This document shows positions 1-11,587 of a stretch of 64,000 nucleotides of DNA, in pieces. Location of the stretch: NCBI RefSeq assembly GCF_018977255.1, contig NW_024704742.1, forward strand, positions 131,628,001 through 131,692,000, read 5' to 3'. Source of the DNA: Callorhinchus milii (lineage: Eukaryota). The position numbers and the translations under genes were made by a program. Position 1 is the first letter of the stretch, and every line of letters starts with the position of its first letter. The notes under the pieces are model-generated. The model was given only the letters and a program-made list of their open reading frames with translations, had not been told where the DNA came from and ran no database searches.

Positions 1-167
1 ATATTATACAAGTAGGAAGAGCCTTAATTATGATAACTTTATCAAACCCTTTTATAATTTTCAACACCTCTGTTGGGTCCCCTCTTAAATTTCTTAAACC
101 AACATGTAAAAAAAAACATGGAGTTGACATGCTGTATTAGATTTGCAGAACATGTAATATTATGCAG

Positions 168-378
168 GAAGGAATTTCTCCTTGTGTCTTGGCCAACAGA
201 CCGCTAAAGGATTGGTAATTCAACTTCATGGTTGTTTGTAGTACTATTGCTGAGTGCGAATTGGCTGCCATGTTCACCTCCAAAAAAAAGTCACTACACT
301 TCATGGTAATTATTATGAATCACTTTTAACGTGACATTCTGATATGATAAAGTATGATAAAACTGCAAGTTCTTTCTC
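168..378 (+). mobile_element. Deu/SacSINE-like SINE, 3' part (old)
   Basis: gtgtcttggccaaca...aattggctgccatgtt...gtcactacactt matches the 3' body of the full copies at 3672 and 47247. Confidence 0.7.
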
Positions 379-659
379 TCTATCCTTTTAGTTTAAAAAT
401 TAATTATTTCCCATTTATTATGAAGTCCAATTCCACTGTTGTAAATTACACGTCAGATCAAATTCAAATTTAGCGTTACACTCTCTATTCTCACAACTGC
501 TTAATTAAACTACAAATCCGGTACTCAGCAAGTAGTTACCAAAAGCAATAAAATTGCACATTTAAGAATAGTACTGTGTTCTGCTTAACATTTCAGGTTT
601 TATACCTCTGAAAGTAAATGCGGTAGTTTAAGGGGGGAAATTATTCCACAAAGGAAACC

Positions 660-845
660 ATCTAATTATAAAGTTGGTCATTCACTACATGGCTGTTTGT
701 GAGATGTTGCTTTTCGCAAATTTGCCTCCGTGTTCATCTACAGACACGGTCGATACACTTTATAGTAAATCCTGTGAAGAGCTTTGAGCCGTCCTCCCGA
801 CATGAAAGCTGCTATATCAAATGTAAGGATTGTTATTATTATAAT
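660..845 (+). mobile_element. SINE 3' fragment with L2-type tail
   Basis: ctgtttgtgag...gtgaagagctttgagccgtcctcccgacatgaaagctgctatatcaaatg then ATT-rich tail. Confidence 0.8.
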
Positions 846-1399
846 GAAGAGTCATTGCCAAACATTTAACCTTATCTTCCTCCTTTTGATCATCAGAAAT
901 TCTGGGGGTTTAATTTCACGTTTCCATTGTCTTTGTTTTATTTTTTTGCTTCATTTTATTAGTAACATGAGTCAATCGTTGAGCGACCTGGTTGGAAACC
1001 AGAGGTTTTTAGCAATAACAACCTGTGGCGGTGTAAGCAATTTATGAGGCAATAAGAGAAGATCTTTTCTAATCACCTCAGACAACAGTGGAGGGTACCT
1101 TCGGGCTTTCTGTCTTGCCATTCAGAAGTAGAATGTGCCGTCTACCTATACAGAATTTAAGCAGAAGTGTAAGGAACCAATACAGATAGAACAGAACAGA
1201 TAGAAGACTCCTTGACCCATTATGTCTCTGCTGTTGCTATGTACTTTGATCAAATTCCCCTGCCCCTTCCTCCTCCCCCCTTCCCCCACACACACTTTAT
1301 TAATATTTTATAGTTTATGTGTGCATATTGCAAAGGGTACCACTTAATCCATTTGGTCCTAACTTCAAGAGCAGTCTAAACTTTACCATATGGGGCTCG

Positions 1400-1897
1400 T
1401 GTACTGTCCCGCACCAGGCTTCGGGACCACATCACACCCACCCTCGCTCGCCTCCACTGGCTCCCCATCCCCCAGAGGATTGATTTCAAGATCCTCATCC
1501 TCACCTATAAGGCCATCCACGGCCTTGCTCCCTCCTACCTCTCTGACCTACTATCCCCCTACCTACCTGCCCGTACCCTCCGTTCCTCCGGCTCCCGTCT
1601 GCTCCACATCCCCCGCCCCAATCGCCCTACCATCAGTGGTCGGGCCTTCAGCCTCTCAGCCCCCAGGCTCTGGAACTCTATCCCCCAGTGCCTTCGCCGC
1701 TTCCTCCCTCTCCTCCTTCAAGGCCGGTCTCAAAACCTTTCTCTTTGACCGAGCCTTCAGCTCCCCTCTCGACTCTTCAGCCTTCAGCTCACCCTGACCA
1801 TTTCCCCCTTGCTCGGGTCCTGACCCAACTGTGCAGTGCCTTGGGACGTCCTCCTGACGTGAAAGGCGCTTTATAAATGGAATCTTGTTGTTGTTGT
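1400..1897 (+). mobile_element. L2 LINE, 5'-truncated young copy (ORF2 C-terminus + 3' UTR)
   Basis: L2 C-terminal signature (RLHWLPIPQRIDFKILILTYKAIHG; LWNS; FKAGLKTFLF), tail gcgctttataaatggaatc(ttg)n; near-identical to copies at 6641, 14477 and 38655. Confidence 0.92.
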
Positions 1898-2027
1898 ATG
1901 GCCACATGTATTATTGAGATACTGTATATTGTTTGCAATATATCTTGAAGTAATGTTAAAGACACGTTATGACAGCTATTTTTTTTTGATGAACCTGAGA
2001 TATATACCAAGCTCCAGCGAGGGAAAG

Positions 2028-2112
2028 AGTGTTTGTGTGCGTGCGTGTTTGTGCATGTGTGTGTGTTTGTGCATGCGTATGAGTGCTTGCTTGTGCTGGC
2101 ACCATGTGTGTG
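2028..2112. repeat. degenerate (TG)n microsatellite
   Basis: gtgtttgtgtgcgtgcgtgtttgtgcatgtgtgtgtg. Confidence 0.8.
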
Positions 2113-2135
2113 TTCTTGATTCTTTAGCAGGATTA

Positions 2136-2521
2136 TCCTAGAGTAGCGTATTGGTTAGAGTACTCGCCTCACAAGTGAGAGGACCTGGGTTCGATTCCTG
2201 GGCGGGGCGAAACCTTAAGCAAGTTTCCTTACTCCACACCCCTCTTTTTACCAAGCAGTAAGTAGGAACCCGATTGTTAGTCGATTGGTGGATCGCTTTT
2301 CTGGGGGATAATAAACCCTTCAAAAATAATAATTTTTAAAAAATAATAAGTTGGTGACTCAATCCATGCCTGTTTGTGGGACACTGCTGTGCGCAATTGG
2401 CTGTCGTGTTTCACCCACAAAATATACAGTCAATTCACTTTGCAGTATATTGTGTGAAGCACTTTGAGACGTCTCGAAGACTTGATAAGGCGCTATATCA
2501 AATGCAAAGATTATTATTATT
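2136..2521 (+). mobile_element. full-length tRNA-derived SINE, long subfamily (SINE2-1_CM-like)
   Basis: A box tagcgtattgg, B box ggttcgattcc, middle segment ...gcagtaagtaggaacccg...gatcgctttt, L2-like tail and (ATT)n. Confidence 0.92.
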
Positions 2522-2590
2522 CATTTTACTGCAGCTTCTAAAAGCTGTATGAATTCTAAATGCTTTTCAAATGATTAAAAGCTTCCATGG

Positions 2591-2885
2591 AATAATAATA
2601 ATAATCTTTGCATTTGATATAGCATCTTATCATGTCATTGAGAAGTCTCAATGTGCTTCACAAAATATATTGTAAAATGGATTGATGGTATATTTTGTGG
2701 GAAAATAAAGACACTTAAAAGAGAATGGAGTCACCATGGTTAGGACAGTTTTATAATAATATAAAATAATTAACAATATTCCTTACATTAGGTATAGCAT
2801 CTTTCATGTCAGGAGGATATCTCAAAGCACTTCACAAGATATACTGTAAAGCGGAGTGACTGGGTGTTTTGTGAGTGAACGCCCA
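2591..2885 (-). mobile_element. two SINE 3' tail fragments
   Basis: (AAT)n followed by reverse-complement SINE tail at 2591 and ~2760. Confidence 0.8.
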
Positions 2886-3009
2886 CACTTTTACAACCTG
2901 TATTTGCGTGACGAGGACAGAGTGATGTGATTCTTTTATAAATGAATCGTTATTATATTAGGTTTAATAACAGCTGTAAAAATGAAGTAATTAGGACAAA
3001 TTCTACATC
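2821..3009. repeat. direct local duplication, copy 1 (copy 2 at 5183-5372)
   Basis: ~190 bp including non-SINE sequence, about 6 differences by eye. Confidence 0.9.
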
Positions 3010-3671
3010 CATTGACCTATTGGGTTTTGTCCAGTACATCAGCATATTGTCAAATCACTTTACAGTATATTCTGTGAAGCGCTTTGAGATATCGCAACAA
3101 CTGAAAAGGCACTATATCAAATGCAAGGATTATTGTATTATTATATTATTTAGCAATACTAAACAGATGTTAGTTTTCTTCACCTCTGGAATTAAATTGA
3201 TTTTATCTTGGACACATGCTTGTCTTGAACACATGTATGTTCTCAAACCAGTGCCAACAAGGTAAAGAAAGGCACTGGAAAAAGTATGGGAGCTTCACAG
3301 GGGGGACAATTGTTCTGTATTCCCTCCCCATTTCCCCCTTTTTACACTCAGGGTAGCAATTCATCTCTTCTCAGTGGGACGGGCATTCCAAGATAATCCT
3401 GGCTGAGGTCAGGGGAAAAAAAAGATTAGAAGATATTGGAAAAGCCGTGATTTATCAAGGAAAATCTTTAGTACTTGAGGAAAGCTACAGTGATCAGGTT
3501 AACATTCACACTCATTCCTTGAAGCTCAATTTGCTCTGCTTAATAGCTGGGTAATCAGTCTCAGCCTGATAGAGTTTGAGGTGATCATTTGAACTGACTG
3601 TAAGGGGCATTGATGTATAGAGTGGAGCCTTACCTTACAGTTAATTGCCAAGCACAGGAGTGTACATAGGT

Positions 3672-4089
3672 TTCAGCCTGGCTCAGTTAGTAGCTCTCTC
3701 GCCTCTGGGTCAGAAGGTTGTGGGTTCAAGCCTCAAGACAGCTTGCTGAACTCACATATCGAGGCTGACACTCTAATGCATTTCTGGGGGTGGCGCTAAA
3801 TTGTCAGAGGTGCCGTCCTTCTGGTGGGCGTTAAAGATCCCATGGCATGATTTGAAAAGGGAAGAAGGGAGTTTCTCCCTGTGTCCTGGCCAGCAATCCC
3901 TCCTCCACGATAAAATTGATCATTCATTTCATGGCTGTTCGTGGGACATTGCTGTGTGCAAAATTGGCTGGCGCTTTCGCCTACAAATATACAGTCATTG
4001 CACTTTACAGTAAATAATGTGAATTGCTTTGAAATGTCCTTCTGACGTGAGAGGCACTATATCAAATGCAAGGAACACAATTACTATTG
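3672..4089 (+). mobile_element. full-length Deu/SacSINE1-like SINE
   Basis: tRNA-like head cagcctggctcagttagtagc...gggttcaagcc, central gctgacact...gaggtgccgtc...gttaaagatcccatggca, L2-like tail. Confidence 0.85.
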
Positions 4090-5182
4090 CAGTCAAGAGG
4101 GAGGATAGGTATATTCCCTTGTGTATTCATGGTGTAGAGGGAGGAGAATTCCACCCTGATTGTGCAGACCTGGAACGCGATTCTCTCCTCCAACACTGAC
4201 GTGCTTCACCTTGAGAAACACGAGGTGCCGAGAGCAAAAATCTTAGGAGAGAAAAAAAACCTCTGCTGAACAGAATGGAAAAAAACCCATCAAAACCGCA
4301 CCTTAAACCATCCACATGGACAGGCAGCTCCAGCGAGGGTTTCACGAGCGGTTTCTTTCAACAAAACAACAATTTATTGTGTGCTCCAGCCTGAGGCTAC
4401 AACTTATTATTGTTGCAATCTCCCCACTTAGAGCTACACACTTACCAGAACCCCTGCAAGGAATCGTCAGATTGGAGAGCTAACTGAGTTTGCACCCGGG
4501 CTCTCTCTCTCCTCAAACGTATAGGAAGGAGTCAGCCCTGTTTGGTCAGGGTTGGTTTCACCGGCTATTGATATGTATTTTAAAAAAGTGTAATAGAATA
4601 CAGCGGGATGGCCAGCCTGCAATGCCTCAGACTGTAAATCTGACAATAAGATTGATTGCAAGGGAATATATTTTCAGCCTTGCTGCACAGTGCAAATGTG
4701 TATTAAAGGAGTTCATACAGCCTGTCCCCTGGCGATTATTTGCAGGTGATTATTTTTCCCTGAAAGTCTCTTGGTTGACATCACATGACCTTGGGTCACT
4801 CGGCGTTATTAGTATCACAGGAGGCATAAATGTATTTATTAATAAACAGCATGCAGATGTGGAGGCAGAGAAGGGATTTATTCAAAAATAAGGCTTCTCC
4901 TTGTCACGCCAGGGACTGCGGGATCAGCTAACCCTTTGGGTTGCAATATCACATGAGGATTTATTTTTCATACCCCTGGTCAATACTGCGAATCTTCTAA
5001 CCTTTCTTATTTCTTATGCCTCTGCAGCTCCAGTATCTCCTGTGCAGTAATGTTTTTTTTAAAAGCGCCCACTATGCCACACAAATATTAACTTTGGGAG
5101 ATTGATTATCATGACATTCCTTATCATTTATTAATAGCAAAAGCCCTAGCTTTTAGGACAGCGCCTTAATATTTTGACGTGT

Positions 5183-5372
5183 CTCAAAGCGCTTCACAGG
5201 ATATACTGTAAAGTGGAGTGACTGGGTGTTTTGTGAGTGAACGCCCACACTTTTACAACCTGTATTTGCAGTGACGAGGACAGAGTGATGTGATTCTTTT
5301 ATAAATGAATCGTTATTATATTAGGTTTAATAATTGCTGTAAAAATGAAGTAATTAGGACAAATTCTACATC
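5183..5372. repeat. direct local duplication, copy 2 (copy 1 at 2821-3009)
   Basis: near-identical to 2821-3009. Confidence 0.9.
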
Positions 5373-5379
5373 TAAAACT

Positions 5380-5520
5380 AAAGGGGTTAAAGGATATGGG
5401 GATAGGGCAGGTAAATGGAATTAGGTTAGAAGATCAGCCATGGTCTTACTAAATGGCGAGGCAGGCTCAAGGGGCCGAATCGCCTACACCTGCTCCTATT
5501 TCTTATGTTCCTTTGTTCTT
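5380..5520 (+). mobile_element. CR1 LINE 3' end
   Basis: aaggatatggg...gatcagccatg...ggccgaat...ctcctatttcttatgttc, a shark-type CR1 terminus. Confidence 0.8.
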
Positions 5521-5534
5521 AATATCAAAAAGAC

Positions 5535-5660
5535 TGCATATCCCAAACACTGTACTGGAGTGTCAGCCTAGATTGTGCGTTCCAAGGCCTGACATGGGAT
5601 TTGAACCCACAGCCTTCTGACTCAGAATCAAGCGTGCTACCAACTGAGCCAGAATGACTC
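5535..5660 (-). mobile_element. Deu/SacSINE-like SINE head
   Basis: tttgaacccacagccttctgactcaga...gctaccaactgagcc. Confidence 0.8.
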
Positions 5661-6354
5661 GCAATTTGCTTTATAAACACTTCCTATGGTGAAAGATCAT
5701 TCTTCCTCTACATCCCACCACCCACACCAATTTGTCCACTGTTTTCCACATCAACCCACAAAATACACAGTCACTACACTTTACAGTGTATCCTCGTGAA
5801 GTCCTTTGGGACATCACCTGGATGTGAAAAGTGCTATACCAAGTGTAAGGATTATTGTTATTTATCCCATTCAGTGCAAAGAGCATATAAACAACTGCAT
5901 CACATACTCTGTCCAACACTCTGTCAATCACACAAAACAGCCATATAACTATATAAACTTACAAGGAGGCTATTTGGCCCAATTGGTCTGTGCTGGCTCT
6001 GTGAAGAAGCAATCCATTCAGTCCCCATTTAACTGCCTTTTCCTCAAACCCCCCTATCTAATTCCTTCTTGGAAGCTGATATGGATCTTGCTTTGGCTAC
6101 CGCACCTGGAGAACAGTCCAAGTCCAAAGACTGTCAAAAAAATTACTCTGAATCGTCCCCTTTGCTCCCTTGATAACTATCTGAAGTTGATGCCTTCAAG
6201 TCACTAATTCACTGTCTCATCAACTAGAGGTAAACTTCCAAGATGTTTACAGATGTGTGAAATTTCTCTCTGTGTATCCCATCGGACCTCAAGCAAAGCT
6301 CCATGACATCAACCCAACAGCACAACAGACTCCTTAAACACTGAACAGATGTTA

Positions 6355-6630
6355 GGTGCCAGCCTGGCTCAGTTGGTAGCACCCTCTCCTCTGGGTCAGA
6401 AGTTGCAGGATCAAGTCCCACATAAGGAGCTGTAGCTCATTGTCCAAATTGACACTCCATTGCAGTGCATTGTTGAGGGGAGTGTTTCACTTTCAGAGGT
6501 GCTGTTCTTCGGATGAAATGTCAAACCGACAATTCTATCTGACTGTTCAGGTAGATGCTAAAAAGTTCATGACATGTTTTGAAAAGAGAAGGGAACGTCC
6601 CCTTACATCCTAGCCAGCATTCCTCCTGAC
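6355..6630 (+). mobile_element. Deu/SacSINE-like SINE 5' part, interrupted by L2
   Basis: agcctggctcagttggtagc head plus central domain; a SINE 3' body follows at ~7152-7293. Confidence 0.8.
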
Positions 6631-6640
6631 AACAAGAGTA

Positions 6641-7088
6641 CCTACCTACCTGCCCGTACCCTCCTTTCCTCTGGCTCTGGTCTGCTCCACGTCCCCCGCC
6701 CCAACCGCCCTACCATCGGTGGTCGGGCCTTCAGCCTCTCAGCCCCCAGGCTCTGGAACTCCATCCCCCAGTGCCTTCGCCTTGCTTCCTCCCTTTCCTC
6801 CTTCAAGGCCGGTCTCAAAACCTTTCTCTTTGACCGTGCCTTCAGCTCCCCTCTCGACTCTCTTCCCCCTCCTCGCTCCCTCCCTTCCCTCCCCTCACCC
6901 TGACCATTTCCCCTCCTTGCTCCCTCCCTTCCCTCACCCTGACCATTTCCCCCCTCCTCGCTCCCTCCCTTCCCTCCCCTCACCCTGACCATTTCCCCCC
7001 TGCTCGGGTCATGACCCAACTGTGCAGCGCCTTGGGACGTCCTCCTGACTTGAAAGGCGCTTTATAAATGGAATCTTGTTGTTGTTGT
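6641..7088 (+). mobile_element. young L2 3' fragment with internal tandem repeat
   Basis: same family as 1400-1897; about 3 copies of ctcaccctgaccatttccccc...; (TTG)n tail. Confidence 0.92.
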
Positions 7089-7587
7089 AGCAACAAATTA
7101 CATCTATGTAGCGCCTTTTGAGTCGAGAGGACGTCCCAAAGGCATTTCACTGACTGTTTGTGGGACATTACTGTGTGCAAATTGGCTGCCTTGTTTGCTT
7201 TACAATTACACAATCAATACAGCTTACAGGAACTTTGGGAAGCGCTTTAAGATGCTGTAGGTGCTTATAACTAAGGCAAGGATCATTGTTATGTATGACC
7301 ATAGCAACACTCATGTCATCTTGATCCATACCTTTCTTGACCGTTCACGTCTATCTTTATTCCCACAATCGTGTATTCTGTTTTGAAACAGATACCTATC
7401 CAATTCTTTCTTAACAAGTTAATATAGCATGGATTGCTTTTGCTGTAAATCTAGTTGACATGTCCACTGTTCTGTGACACAAAGGCATTCTTCTAATCGC
7501 TGGTCTTTTCTTCAGGCGTGTTAACTAATAGTGACTATGGACTCACAGCTATGTTTACTTTGAACTAGTGGGGAGACATTCCACCTG

Positions 7588-7785
7588 GGTCTAGATTTTC
7601 TCTATCAACATAACATTTCAGAGTCTCTGGAATTTGTCAAATTCTTAAATACACTCTTCAATTCTGAACCCGGTTTTCTGTAAGCTTCTTTTAAGAACTT
7701 GTAGAAAATGGGCTTCGAAGTTAGCACCAAATTCGTCAAATTCTGCACGGTCTGAAATGTAATGTTAAAAGAGCCAACATAGACC
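7588..7785. mobile_element. palindromic MITE-like element, copy 1 (unclassified)
   Basis: arms ggtctagattttctctatcaacataacatttcag / ctgaaatgtaatgttaaaagagccaacatagacc; second copy at 16971-17160. Confidence 0.75.
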
Positions 7786-8087
7786 GAGGTGGAATTTTAT
7801 CTCCATAAGGGCTTGTGAGGTATTCCTGTGGGCAAATTCTCTGTTGTGATTGCCCACAATTACTATACTTTCCATCCCGTTGGCTCCCACCACCAGCTTG
7901 TTTGCCATCCAGCATTATTAACTGCCCTGAGATGTCCTTTTATGTGTCAGTCTGACACCATGGTTTCCTGATAAACTAATCCAATCATTAATCCTCCTCT
8001 GGATCAAGCAAAACTTGGTGTCTGTCCCGAATTTGCCCTTTGCAACTCAAAACCTGTGTCCTCTTCCTTTACTGTCTCCATGTTGTG

Positions 8088-8240
8088 TGTCAGTCTGGTT
8101 GGTTGGTAGCACTCCTATCTCTGAGTCGGAAGGTTGCGGGTTCAAGCCCCATATTGGGTCTTAGCTGGCGTAGCTGACACTCCAATGCAGTACTGGGGGA
8201 GCATTACATTGTTTGAGGTGCGTCCTTAGGACAAGACTTT
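8088..8240 (+). mobile_element. Deu/SacSINE-like SINE head
   Basis: gtcagtctggttggttggtagcactc...gggttcaagcccc...gctgacactccaatgcagtactg. Confidence 0.8.
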
Positions 8241-8247
8241 TTCTTTG

Positions 8248-8640
8248 GTCAGTTGGGTGTCTGACACATGCAGAAACTCACCAACATTCTTAAGAGTATC
8301 AAAACCAAACTGAGAATTTCATGCCATCCCACCTACACATGGAAATCCCAGAGATGGATTTTTGGAATGGAATGTACACTCTCTCCGGAAAGTATTAGGC
8401 ACAGATTGGCAAGAGCCCAGGTTTGGGGGTACCAGAATGTGCTTTGGGCTTGTGCTGGAGTCTAGCCAGCTAAGACATAGCTTGCCATTGATAGCACTTT
8501 CTGGCAAGCTTTCCTGCTGCTTGTCCTGCTGGGGTCACCCTATCCATTCGGGTTTGGCTTGCAGGGTTAACAGGAGCTGAGTGGGAGGATTCCCTGCCCC
8601 CGGTGACTGGTCTGCTCTTCCAAGTTTTGCCAATGAGCAA
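8248..8640 (+). repeat. unclassified interspersed repeat
   Basis: 8455-8640 aligns with 58192-58380; 8248-8330 aligns with 60955-61045. Confidence 0.7.
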
Positions 8641-8940
8641 AACTGTCTGTATTCCTGACCTGAAAGGTGCTCCATAAATATTAAATTGTATTATATTGTA
8701 TATCCTGTAAAGTGCTTTGAGACGTCTCGAAGATGTGATAAGGCACTATATCACTTTCAAGGATTATTATTGTTATAAATCTTCATGGTGTTAGACTGAA
8801 GATGACTGATATAAAATGTAATATAATGTGCAGAATTTTGGAAACTGCAGCCTTAATTTTCAAGCTTTGTTTCCCTCCCACACAATTCTTTTTAACAAAA
8901 TGGTTTTAATGCAAAAGCAACAAAATTCTTATATTTTTAA

Positions 8941-9374
8941 TCAGAAAAGTGATTCCTTACTGCACCAGGTCATGAATTTCTCATTAACGCCATCTCTCCA
9001 TTAGCATTTTACGGTGGATACGTTAAACCAAGGTCCACTTTGCCTGTTCTGGTGGGAGGCCTCTCAAAGTGGTTCACAGAATATACTGTAAGGTGTAATA
9101 ACTGGGTATTTTGTAGTCAAATACACAGCCAATTTGCACCCAGCAATGACCTACAAACAGCCGTGATGTGAATGACCAGTTTCATCTGGGGGATTGTTGA
9201 TCAGGACACTGGGAGAAACTCTCTTTTCCATTCAAATAGTACAATGGGATCTTTAACGTCCACCAGAACAGGCAAAGTGGACCTTGGTTTAACATCTCCA
9301 CTGAAGGATGCTAATGGAAAGATGGCATGAATGGAAAATTCATGACCTGGTGCAGCAGAGAATCGCTTTTCTGA
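8941..9374. repeat. inverted duplication (arms 8941-9055 and 9260-9374)
   Basis: ~115-bp arms are reverse complements, e.g. ccaaggtccactttgcctgttctggtgg / ccaccagaacaggcaaagtggaccttgg. Confidence 0.9.
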
Positions 9375-9487
9375 GATCAGGGCTGAAGCATGTTATAGGG
9401 ATGGAGTGAAAGGAGCTTTTTTCTATACCTAACCATGTTATTCCTCACTTGTGAGTCCTTGATACTTAACCCAAAATAGCAAAGTAA

Positions 9488-9860
9488 TAACAATAATAAT
9501 CCATGCATTTGATATAGCGCCTTATCACATCTTCGAGACGTCTTAAAGCACTTCACAGAATATACTGTAAAGTGAATTGACAGTGTATTTTGTGGCGAAA
9601 CGCTGCAGCCAATTGCCTACAGCAGTCATAGATTGACTAACAAAATTATTGTTGTTATTATTATTAGTTATTTAATTATTCAAGGGGTTATTACCCCCAG
9701 AAAAGCGATCGGCCAAACAACTAATAGCTAGGTTTCTATTTACTGGTAGGTAAACAGGGGCGTGTAGAATAAGAAAACTTGCCTAAAGTTTCGCCCTGTA
9801 TTGAACACAAGACCTCTTGATTGTGAGGTGAGTGATCTAACCAATATATTACAGGACTCC
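9488..9860 (-). mobile_element. full-length tRNA-derived SINE, long subfamily
   Basis: reverse complement running from (AAT)n tail to ...caggactcc head. Confidence 0.9.
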
Positions 9861-10836
9861 ACATTCAATATCTCCAAAGTAGTGAATTTCTCAGCACTTG
9901 ACATCCCTCACCCTCTGACGAGCCCAAAATTTATGATTAAAGCTTAGAGTTTTGAAAAAAGCGCTGATTTACATTTACAATAACAGGACAGAAAACTACT
10001 TAAAAAGCTTGTAGTAGTAATAATAATAACTACTTTCACTTATCCAGCGCGTTTCACATAAAATAAATGTGCCTTGAGCATTTTATAGCATGAAATTGAT
10101 TGGAAATAAAGTGAATGCTATTCTACAGGCAAAGAGAGACTGCAAGATATTGGGATGGGTTAGACTCCAGCAGGAATGATAAGCTAGCTTTATTTCTGCG
10201 GTGGCTATGAATATTCTCTAAAGAGGCATGCATTTAAGTGGAGTGGGCAGCAAATGCAATGTTTAATTTGAAGCATTCAAGCAATAACAGCATCGTGTCA
10301 TCCATCTGAACTGTAGAAGAAGCACTTTATTTTCAACCGTAACTAAGATATTATTGAGTTCTGACACAGGGGGGCGAAACGCACGCCTATATTACGCCAA
10401 AGATGTCTTCATTTCCACAGAACCATTGCCCGTGAGGACTGGATTGTGATGACATCACGTCTCCTGATACATATAAGAAGGCTCGTGGTCATAATTACAC
10501 CAAAATTATTTTGCAAATAACAGCACACATGAGTCACCTTCAAGCTACATTTCAACAATGAGTGCAACCAGCCATGTAACTCGCAGTGTGTGTCGTTGTG
10601 TACAGTATTTGTGTGAGTGAAATTGCTTTAGAACCGGAGAAACTTATCGCACACAAGGAAGCCATTGGACTCATCGTGTTTGTGCTGCCTCTTTAAAAAA
10701 AGCAATCCTTTCAGTTCCATTTTGTATTCTTTTCAAGGTTTTCTTAGTTAACTTGTTCGCCTACAAGTGCACAGTTACTGCAGTTTACAATAAATCCTGT
10801 GAAGCCCTTTGAGATGTCTTGACGACAGGGCAAGTT

Positions 10837-11151
10837 ATAATAATAATAATCCTTGCATTTGATATAGCGCTTTTCACGTCGGGAGGACGTCCCTAAGCGC
10901 TTCACAGAACACACTGTAAAGTGAATTGACTGTATATTTGTGGGCAAACGCGGCAGCCAATTGCGCACAGCAATGTCCCACAAACAGTCGTAGATTGAAA
11001 ATGACGAATTTATTATTGTTTTAGGTTTTGGAGGGATTATTATTAGGCGTGTGGAGTAAGGAAACTTGCCCAAGGTTTCGCCCTGCCTGGAATTGAACTC
11101 AGGTCTCTCGTTTGCAAAGCGAGTGCTCTAACCACTGAGCTACAGGACTCC
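10837..11151 (-). mobile_element. full-length tRNA-derived SINE, short young subfamily
   Basis: head nearly identical to the 53970 copy; lacks middle segment; tail with L2-like gggacgtcctcccgacgtg. Confidence 0.95.
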
Positions 11152-11587
11152 GTTGCTGTATCAAATGTAAGAATCATTGTTATTTTGGCTGTATGTAATA
11201 ATAATACTTGAATTCGATTTGACATCTATAACACAGCGCCTCTAATGCTATAGAAATCTCAAAGTGCTTCACAGCTACATGTGGCTTGAATAAGAGAAGC
11301 GGACAGGGGAGTGAGCAGGAGAATGGGGTTAGATTGGGTGGATCATGTTTAATAGTTACATAGAGTGATAAAGCACGGAAACAGTCTATTTGGCTCAATT
11401 TGTCCGTGCCATATTTATACTCCACAAAAGACTTAGGTCAGTCTTGCTACTCCCTTCTCTTATATCCATCCTTCTATTCTCTTCTCCTCCCTCATGTATG
11501 CTCAATTTTTGTATCAAATACATTAAGCCACGCTCTCATCGCCCTCTATGTTATGAAGTTATTCCTAAACTCTCTATTAGATTGATT

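Noticed and set aside
1390..1797. Pro/Ser-rich ORFs (also 14476-14931, 43682-44167, 61927-62370) as mucin-like proteins
   Set aside because: They are off-frame translations of C-rich L2 3' fragments
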